Part shown: positions 18,892-27,078 of the stretch, piece by piece
Numbering within the stretch: position 1 is the stretch's first letter
Layout of the letters: the number at the start of each line of letters is the position of its first letter
Made by a program: the position numbers and the translations under genes
Source: Planctopirus limnophila DSM 3776
GTDB lineage: Bacteria; Planctomycetota; Planctomycetia; Planctomycetales; Planctomycetaceae
Assembly (NCBI RefSeq): GCF_000092105.1
Contig: NC_014148.1
Location: 870,001 to 902,000 of the forward strand
DNA: 32,000 nt
Direction: 5' to 3'
Notes under the pieces: model-generated
What the model saw: only the letters and a program-made list of their open reading frames with translations
The model's database searches: none
Told to the model about the DNA's origin: nothing

Positions 18892-20334
18892 TCATGCCGA
18901 AAGTCGATGGAATCGGTCTCGGACTGCGGGTTGAAATGATCGCAGGTTCTCGACAATTCGTTCCAGCCCCATCGAACGTGACCCTTTCACAAGAATCACA
19001 TCGCCCTCTTCGATCCAGCATTCCAGCAGCATCCACGCCATTTCAACATCTCGAGCGACAGCCAACCGATGTAATGAAAGATTCGTCGCCTTGGCCGCTT
19101 TAGCAATCAGGTCTGCATGCTGGCCCACAGCCAGGATAAAATCGATCGAAAGCCCGCCAGCCAATTGTCCCACACGACGGTGTTCCCGCTCACTGATCTC
19201 ACCTAACTCGGCCATATCGCCCAGCACTGCGATGGTACGGGTTTCTTCGCGCTCTCCCAGCTCTTCTAATGTGCGTAGAGCCGCTGCCATGGCCGAAGGG
19301 CTCGCATTGTAGCAATCATCCAGAATCGTCAGTGATGGATGTGGAATCAGCGAACAGCGACCACTCACAGGCTGCCACTTCGCCAATTGATCGGCGATCT
19401 CGGCATTCGAGATTCCCACTTCACGCCCCACGGCAATCGCCAGACCTGCATTCTGAACAAAATGGCGGGCGACCGTTCGAATGAAGTAGTCCTGGCCATC
19501 CATCACAAATCGATAGCCATCCCTGACAGCACGAACCTGCTGAATCGTCCAGTCGTTGACGGTATCTTCACCGACAGTCACCGTACGGCAATGGGCCTTA
19601 TCTTTCAGAACCAGAGCAAATGGATCATGCCCCGGAAAGAATGCCACTCCATTTTCCGGCAACGATTCAAACAGTTCTGCCTTCGATTCGGCCACGCTGA
19701 GCGGTGTCCCAAACGTTGCCAGGTGAGCCAGACCAATCGAGGTGATGACACCCATTTCGGGCTGGGCGATCTCACACAGTCGCGCAATATCCCCTCGCTG
19801 GCCGGCCCCCATTTCAAGAACTGCAAACTCATCCCGAGTACATTCAAGTTCAAGAATTGATAACGGCAACCCCAGTGTATTGTTGAAATTCGCCGGGCTT
19901 TGCCGACCCGAGTATCTGGCCTGCAACACTTCGTAGAGCATCGAACGTGTACTCGTTTTTCCCACGCTCCCGGTAATGCCCACGACCAGGCCATCAAACT
20001 CATCGCGATGACTCGCAGCGAGTAACTGCAAAGCCAGAACCGAATCTGCCACTACCACAGCCGGCATCGATAACTTGAGCGAAGCGAACTCCGCCTCGAA
20101 GTGACGTTCAATAATGGCAAAAGCGGCACCAGCCTTCGCGGCATCACTCAAGAACAAATGCCCATCCCGCTGACCCGTTGACAGAGCGAGAAACAGATCT
20201 CCTTCTTTGAGCTTTCTCGAATCGATCGATACCCGGCCCGAGAATTTCTTTTCCGCGGCAGCGACAGTTCGCTGATCACCCAGAATTGTCCCGCAAAGGA
20301 TCGTTGCCAGAACTTCAAGCGGATGTCGTTTCAT
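18892..20334 (-). CDS. murF: UDP-N-acetylmuramoyl-tripeptide--D-alanyl-D-alanine ligase
   Basis: 480 aa. Contains IDSRKLKEGDLFLAL, the P-loop VGITGSVGKTSTRSML, and DDCYNASPSAMAAALRTL (the MurF-type DxxYNANP-like motif). Confidence 0.9.
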   Translation of the reverse strand: MKRHPLEVLATILCGTILGDQRTVAAAEKKFSGRVSIDSRKLKEGDLFLALSTGQRDGHLFLSDAAKAGAAFAIIERHFEAEFASLKLSMPAVVVADSVLALQLLAASHRDEFDGLVVGITGSVGKTSTRSMLYEVLQARYSGRQSPANFNNTLGLPLSILELECTRDEFAVLEMGAGQRGDIARLCEIAQPEMGVITSIGLAHLATFGTPLSVAESKAELFESLPENGVAFFPGHDPFALVLKDKAHCRTVTVGEDTVNDWTIQQVRAVRDGYRFVMDGQDYFIRTVARHFVQNAGLAIAVGREVGISNAEIADQLAKWQPVSGRCSLIPHPSLTILDDCYNASPSAMAAALRTLEELGEREETRTIAVLGDMAELGEISEREHRRVGQLAGGLSIDFILAVGQHADLIAKAAKATNLSLHRLAVARDVEMAWMLLECWIEEGDVILVKGSRSMGLERIVENLRSFQPAVRDRFHRLSA

Positions 20335-20488
20335 CGCGCCTCCACGATGAATGCAACACCATTCAAACCCGGCGTTAAGCTGCAGATCATGAGTACATCA
20401 GGCTTTCGATGAAGATGCGGGCGAAGACGCAACAGCTCGCTATCCCTGTCCTGCTTCGATCCAGAAAAGTCGTTGGGTATCGTCGGCA

Positions 20489-22144
20489 TCAGGCACTCAC
20501 ACGCTGCAAGGAATCTGTTTCGACAGCGGCGGGATTGGGCAGAATGGCTTCCGTCTGTAAAGCCATCCCCATGGGCGAAGAAGCGGGAGCCATATCGCTA
20601 CAACCACTTGCTGAATAAGAGTTTGCAATGAAAGATTTGGCTGGTGGCAACCGATTCAAAGATTCCTTGGATCGATTTTCCAGCAGCTCACGCACCACTC
20701 GCCGATCATCGAAAGGGAGATGACTGGCTCCGATAATCTGCTCGCTCTCATGTCCCTTCCCGGCAATCAGTATCATGTCACCGGGCAACGCCTGCTCAAT
20801 GGCATGTTGAATTGCCAGCTTTCGGTCGACTTCAATCACGACTTCGACTTGTTGAGCAGGCACCCCATCACAAATCTGCTGAATGATCTTTTCGGGGTTT
20901 TCTGATCGCGGATTATCACTGGTAACGATGGCGACATCGGCCTGGCTGGCAGCACGACCCAGCAGTGGCCGTTTGGTGGCATCGCGATCTCCGCCAGCCC
21001 CAAAGACACAAATCAACCGGCCTCTCGTCAGCCCGCGCAGCGAACATAACGCTCTGCTCAATGCATCAGGGGTGTGAGCGTAATCCACAAAAATATCAAA
21101 CGGTTCACCCCAAGTGCAGCGTTCCATTCTTCCCGGCACTGGCCGAAACTCTTCCAAGGCTTCTGCCATCGATAAAAAGGGAACTTTCCAGGCCAGCCCG
21201 GCAGCTAAAGCTGCCAGTGCGTTCTCGATGTTGTGCCGCCCCAGAATCCGCAGCTTCATCTGCATCACCTGGCCCTGGTACTGCACACGGAATGTCGTCC
21301 CGCTTAAGGATTCACTCAGAATCTGAGCCGAGAGCTCGGCATCGACATTCACGCCATAGCGAATCAGACGGCATTCCGCAGGCACCAGACTCGCCAGCGA
21401 GGCGGCTCCCGGGTCGTTGATATGCAATGCGATGGTTCCGCCTGGCTTAACGAGATCCAGAATCCGGGCTTTGGCTTCGCGATAACTGGCAAAATCACCA
21501 TGATAATCGAGATGATCGTGCGTGATATTGGTAACAATTGCACAATCAAGTGGTAACGCTGCGGCTCGCGATTGATCCAGAGAGTGACTCGAAAGTTCCA
21601 TGGCCAGATGAGTTGTCCCCCGGCTGACCATGCGATGCTGCCAGAAAGCCATCAATTTCGCATCAGGAGTCGTCAATACCGAGGGCTCTGCACGATAACC
21701 ATCAAAGTATTCCACGGTTCCCAATAAGCCCGTCCGATACCCGGATTTGGCCATCAGCGCTCTCGTCATCCAACTGACTGTCGTTTTTCCATTGGTCCCC
21801 GTGACTCCCATCATTCTCAGGCGGCTGGCGGGATGACCGTACAGCGATTGCGAGAGATAAGCATAAGCCGCCCGAGGATTCGCCACGACACACTGGGGAA
21901 GCGGGCAATTCGGTAAGACTTGAGAAGTCACCACTCCCACAGCGCCGCGGGAAATGGCCTCTTCGAGAAACTGGCTGCCATGACTATTTCGACCTGGTGC
22001 AGCCACAAACAATGTTTTCGGGCGACACTCACGACTGTCGAGTGTGACATCGTTGAAGTAGATGTCACCCGCCCCCATTAACTCTGCGGTCGGTAGATGA
22101 TCTTTCAGACTCAGTGATGCCGGGAGAGCATGCTGTGGTGGCAT
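20489..22144 (-). CDS. murE: UDP-N-acetylmuramoyl-L-alanyl-D-glutamate--2,6-diaminopimelate ligase, with a ~50-aa low-complexity C-terminal tail
   Basis: 551 aa. Contains LDSRECRPKTLFVAAPG, the P-loop GVTGTNGKTTVSWM, ITHDHLDYHG, and VTSDNPRSENP (the DNPR motif typical of meso-DAP-adding MurE). The tail ...NRSKESLNRLPPAKSFIANSYSASGCSDMAPASSPMGM... extends past the usual Mur ligase end. Confidence 0.92.
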   Translation of the reverse strand: MPPQHALPASLSLKDHLPTAELMGAGDIYFNDVTLDSRECRPKTLFVAAPGRNSHGSQFLEEAISRGAVGVVTSQVLPNCPLPQCVVANPRAAYAYLSQSLYGHPASRLRMMGVTGTNGKTTVSWMTRALMAKSGYRTGLLGTVEYFDGYRAEPSVLTTPDAKLMAFWQHRMVSRGTTHLAMELSSHSLDQSRAAALPLDCAIVTNITHDHLDYHGDFASYREAKARILDLVKPGGTIALHINDPGAASLASLVPAECRLIRYGVNVDAELSAQILSESLSGTTFRVQYQGQVMQMKLRILGRHNIENALAALAAGLAWKVPFLSMAEALEEFRPVPGRMERCTWGEPFDIFVDYAHTPDALSRALCSLRGLTRGRLICVFGAGGDRDATKRPLLGRAASQADVAIVTSDNPRSENPEKIIQQICDGVPAQQVEVVIEVDRKLAIQHAIEQALPGDMILIAGKGHESEQIIGASHLPFDDRRVVRELLENRSKESLNRLPPAKSFIANSYSASGCSDMAPASSPMGMALQTEAILPNPAAVETDSLQRVSA

Positions 22145-22535
22145 AATTCGGCGCCTCCTTGCGCTGCCGCTACCAGCTTCCTGCCAGTCTGCGGTTCATC
22201 TCAACTCGTTGTCCAGCCATCGTTGAATATCGCATTGCTGAGTGCTGACGAGCACTTCAAAATCACTCGATTCCACCTCTCAAAAATTGACCCGTTTCGT
22301 CAATTGGTGTGCCTGATTCTGCCTGACTGAAGGCGAGTGGTTCCTGTCGCACTCGACACTATTCCATCGACCAGCGTTGATCTGTTCTTCCGATACAGTC
22401 TCATCGTGACGGGTTGGTCCCGATCAATCATCGAATTCTGGCGATTTGACAGTTTCGGTCAAGATGAAGCGGCAATTCCTGCCGCACTCGGACACGACTG
22501 GATAAAGTTGCCAGAAACCGACTCCTGCGACGAGA

Positions 22536-25079
22536 ATGACAGGCATGAATCCCGCACCTATCCTGATCCGCAATCTTTACGTGCACAATCTGCAGGGAGT
22601 CGATATCGAGATTCCCCTGCAGCAGCTCGTCGTGGTCAGCGGGGTGAGTGGTTCAGGGAAGTCGAGCCTGGCCTTCGATACACTGTTTGCAGAAGGTCAG
22701 CGGAGTTACATCGAAACTTTTTCACTGGCCACGAGGCAACTTCTCGAAAAGTTCGAGCGTCCTGCCGTCGATCGACTGGAAAACATTCCGCCGACAATCG
22801 CCCTGCGACAACTCGCCCAGACAGGTGACAAATCTCGAAGCCAGTATGTCGATGCTCAAAACTTCGGCTCTGTGACCAGCATTGCCGACCATTTGAAGCT
22901 GCTGTTTCTCCGCTGTGGCAGCGTGATCTGTCCCACTTGCCAGCGTAAAATCACTTCATCCTCTCCGGCAGAGGTGGCCCAGCGGCTTGCAAAACTCCCA
23001 CAGGGAACACGAATTCTGGTGACCATGAAGGTACCGGAAAAATCGGCTCTTCAATTATCTTTCGACTCACAAACTGCAGGTCCCAGCCGGAATTCAACGA
23101 AGCGTACCGCACCGCCTCGCTTACCAACAGAAAAAGCACATCAGGCTCTCATCGAAGAACTCCGTCAGCAAGGTTTTCGCCGAGGTCTCTTTCAAACAGA
23201 AGCTCTCTCCGAAAACTTTGTCACTCACGAATTTTCTAAGGATCTGCCACAGCATTTCGAACTTGTCGCCGTCATTGTTGATCGCTTAATCGCAGGCTCA
23301 CAAACCATCGAACGCATGCTCGAAAGCTGTGAAACAGCCATGCGATACGGGGCCGGCGCGATCGGTCTTTGGGCACAAACTCCTCTACCGGAAAGCGCCT
23401 ATCTTGCCTGCACAATTGATGGCCAGGCGTGGTACCGGCACGAGTTCAACACACGTTACCGATGCGAACCTTGCCAGCGAGATTTCCCGAAGCCACAACT
23501 GGCACTGCTCGATGATGAGCCCCCCCCACAAACCCCACCAGCCTCACAAACCATAGCAAGCACCGTCTCACCCTCGACGATCTTCCAGCAGTCATTGAGC
23601 CTGGGGAATGTCAGTTGGCAAAATGCTGGCAAACAATCGCTGGATCAACTCGAGTATTTGCTTCAGCAAGCCCGGAAGGAATACTTCGCTTCTGGGAGTT
23701 TCGAAGAGACTTCGAACCTGCGAGATCAATCCTTGTGGGAGCATGTTCTCCAGAGAATTGAATGGTGCCGCAGGCTCGGATTGGATCACCTGCCGCTTTT
23801 CCGAAGCGTCAGTGGTCTTTCGGGAACTGAATATCGTCGGGCCAGGCTCATCCCGCTCCTCTCAGCGGGTCTGGTCAATACGCTCTATATTCTGGATGAG
23901 CCACTCGCCGGACTGGATGACCAGACAGCGTGCATCGTGCTCGACGCCATCCAGAGCCTCTTAAAGAGTGGCAACAGCCTGCTCATGGTCGAGCACCATC
24001 CCCTGGCGAAAAAACGAGCCAACTTTGTGATCGAAATGGGCCCGGGAGCTGGCAGTGAAGGAGGCCGCATCGTTTACGCTGGTTCTTCTCCTGCGCCAAC
24101 TCAGCCATGGCCGGAACATGATCAGGTCAAACTCACTGCACCAAGGGTCTTGCGGGAACCCGCCGGCTGGATCGATCCCGGCCCGATCAACCTCAAAAAT
24201 CTCCAGCAATTTCAATGGAAGCTTCCACTGGGTCTGCTCTGCGTCGTCACGGGTCCGCATGGATCTGGGAAATCAGCGGCACTCATCGATGCTCTTCAGC
24301 CGACTTCCCATGGAGACACACTTCCTGCACTCGCTGGCCATCCCCTCTGGATGGTCGATTCGTCACCATTGAAAGGACAGCCTAGCCAGATGCTGATCGG
24401 CTTGCTCGATCTTTTCGGAGAAGTTCGAGCACTCTTCGGCCAGACACCAGAAGCCAAAAACCGGCAATTGACAGCCAGGTTCTTCAGCCTGCATGTTGCC
24501 CAGAGTGGACGCTGCTCTCAATGCAAGGGGACTGGCCAGATCTCTGCCGATCTCACCTTTTTCAATGAAGCCTCGATGACCTGCCCGAACTGTCACGGGA
24601 AGCGTTACCGCCGCGATGCTCTGGAGATTCGCTACCGGGGGCTGAATATTGCGGAAGCACTTGATCTGACTGTCGCGGAAGCCCTCACCTACTTCAAAGG
24701 GCACCACAAACTTCAAAGCATGCTCACGACGCTCTCTCGCACAGGATTGAGATACCTGCGCCTGGGGCAAACTTTGAAGTCACTCTCCGGCGGAGAACGA
24801 CAACGCATCAAACTGGCCCTGGCACTTGGTCAGCCCGTCGAAAATGGCATTTTTATCTGCGATGAGCCCACCATGGGCCTGCACGATCAGGATGCTCACC
24901 AATTAATGCATGCCTTTCTGGAACTGGTCAGCATTGGCCACACCGTCTGGCTGGCCGACATCCATCCCGTGGCATTATCCTGGGCAGACTGGGTGATTCA
25001 GCTCGGCTCGCAAACTCCGCTGACGTTGCCAGAAGTCTTGTTTTCTGGTCCAGCGACCACATTCCGTCAGAGCGAATAG
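22536..25079 (+). CDS. UvrA-like ABC ATPase (short, divergent paralogue of excinuclease ABC subunit A)
   Basis: 847 aa. The N-terminus NLQGVDIEIPLQQLVVVSGVSGSGKSSLAFDTLFAEGQRSYIETFS closely parallels UvrA. A second Walker A (VTGPHGSGKSA) is present. The C-terminal zinc module is CSQCKGTGQ...CPNCHGKRYRRDALEIRYRG, the second signature is LSGGERQRIKLA, and Walker B is IFICDEPTMGLH. See the findings for degenerate features. Confidence 0.85.
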   Translation: MTGMNPAPILIRNLYVHNLQGVDIEIPLQQLVVVSGVSGSGKSSLAFDTLFAEGQRSYIETFSLATRQLLEKFERPAVDRLENIPPTIALRQLAQTGDKSRSQYVDAQNFGSVTSIADHLKLLFLRCGSVICPTCQRKITSSSPAEVAQRLAKLPQGTRILVTMKVPEKSALQLSFDSQTAGPSRNSTKRTAPPRLPTEKAHQALIEELRQQGFRRGLFQTEALSENFVTHEFSKDLPQHFELVAVIVDRLIAGSQTIERMLESCETAMRYGAGAIGLWAQTPLPESAYLACTIDGQAWYRHEFNTRYRCEPCQRDFPKPQLALLDDEPPPQTPPASQTIASTVSPSTIFQQSLSLGNVSWQNAGKQSLDQLEYLLQQARKEYFASGSFEETSNLRDQSLWEHVLQRIEWCRRLGLDHLPLFRSVSGLSGTEYRRARLIPLLSAGLVNTLYILDEPLAGLDDQTACIVLDAIQSLLKSGNSLLMVEHHPLAKKRANFVIEMGPGAGSEGGRIVYAGSSPAPTQPWPEHDQVKLTAPRVLREPAGWIDPGPINLKNLQQFQWKLPLGLLCVVTGPHGSGKSAALIDALQPTSHGDTLPALAGHPLWMVDSSPLKGQPSQMLIGLLDLFGEVRALFGQTPEAKNRQLTARFFSLHVAQSGRCSQCKGTGQISADLTFFNEASMTCPNCHGKRYRRDALEIRYRGLNIAEALDLTVAEALTYFKGHHKLQSMLTTLSRTGLRYLRLGQTLKSLSGGERQRIKLALALGQPVENGIFICDEPTMGLHDQDAHQLMHAFLELVSIGHTVWLADIHPVALSWADWVIQLGSQTPLTLPEVLFSGPATTFRQSE

Positions 25080-25225
25080 CACGATTTAATCACCAGATTC
25101 TGCCAGAAAACCTGCATGACCACCGCGCAGAAATTGCGGCAAATGCACAAAAACAAGGCAGGTAAGATTACGTTTTTCTAACGAAATCACCCGCGATTGT
25201 GTGACAACAATGCAGCATTGCCTAT

Positions 25226-25241
25226 TGGTATAGCGTTTGCT
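25226..25241 (+). promoter_or_regulatory. Sigma-54 (-24/-12) type promoter candidate upstream of glnA
   Basis: TGGTAT-AGCGT-TTGCT, with GG at 25227-25228 and GC at 25239-25240. This has exactly the consensus spacing of TGGCAC-N5-TTGCW and lies 62 nt upstream of the glnA ATG. It resembles the classical enterobacterial glnAp2 arrangement. No enhancer site was identified. Confidence 0.4.
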
Positions 25242-25302
25242 TAACTATGGAGAACTGATTTCTGTTACCTCCTTGCGCCAGGAGTTGCCTTTCGTGACTG
25301 AT

Positions 25303-26715
<1,413 letters not shown>

Positions 26716-26757
26716 TTGGCGGACTATTCTCATGACCGAACATAGCCGGGTAGCCGG

Positions 26758-26789
26758 GTAGGGTGGGTTAAGGCTCTGCGCAACCCACC
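26758..26789 (+). repeat. GTAG-prefixed hairpin 1 (REP-like): GTAG GGTGGGTT-N12-AACCCACC
   Basis: GTAG is at 26758-26761. The 8-bp perfect arms are 26762-26769 and 26782-26789. It is preceded by the tandem 8-mers TAGCCGGG TAGCCGGG (26743-26758) and lies 43 nt after the glnA stop. Confidence 0.45.
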
Positions 26790-26822
26790 AACTTAATTGA
26801 CCTCCCTCGGTGGCCCAGCCAT

Positions 26823-26859
26823 GTAGGGTGCATGAAGTTCTTACGCAATGCACCATCTT
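26823..26859 (+). repeat. REP-like element, copy B: GTAG + GGTGCA-N16-TGCACC + ATCTT
   Basis: GTAGGGTGCATGAAGTTCTTACGCAATGCACCATCTT, with 32 of 37 positions identical to 9180-9216 in the same orientation. Confidence 0.6.
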
Positions 26860-26876
26860 GCCGCTGTCGTTATCAA

Positions 26877-26898
26877 GTAGGGCAGGCTCCCGCCTGCC
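26877..26898 (+). repeat. GTAG-prefixed hairpin 3 (REP-like; could double as a glnA terminator): GTAG GGCAGGC-TCCC-GCCTGCC
   Basis: GTAG is at 26877-26880. The 7-bp GC-rich arms are 26881-26887 and 26892-26898 with a 4-nt loop, followed by GTGTTCTTGG, which is moderately T-rich. Confidence 0.45.
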
Positions 26899-27078
26899 GT
26901 GTTCTTGGTAACCACAAGGATCAAACCAGCCCGTTGGGTTGAGTGAAAAGTGTGTGGTTTCTCCAATTTGCTGACGGGATTTGGAGTTTTTCGAGCGCAA
27001 GGCCTCCCAGTACGTTGTTCAAAGGTTTTGCTTTCATTCCCTACTGACAAATGCCAAATACGGCTTACACTATTGGGC

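Noticed and set aside
22337-22828. 163-aa ORF overlapping the 5' end of the UvrA-like gene
   Set aside because: The overlapping frame carrying the UvrA Walker A (GVSGSGKSSLAFDT) is clearly the real one, and the alternative has an Arg/Ser-rich junk-like sequence.
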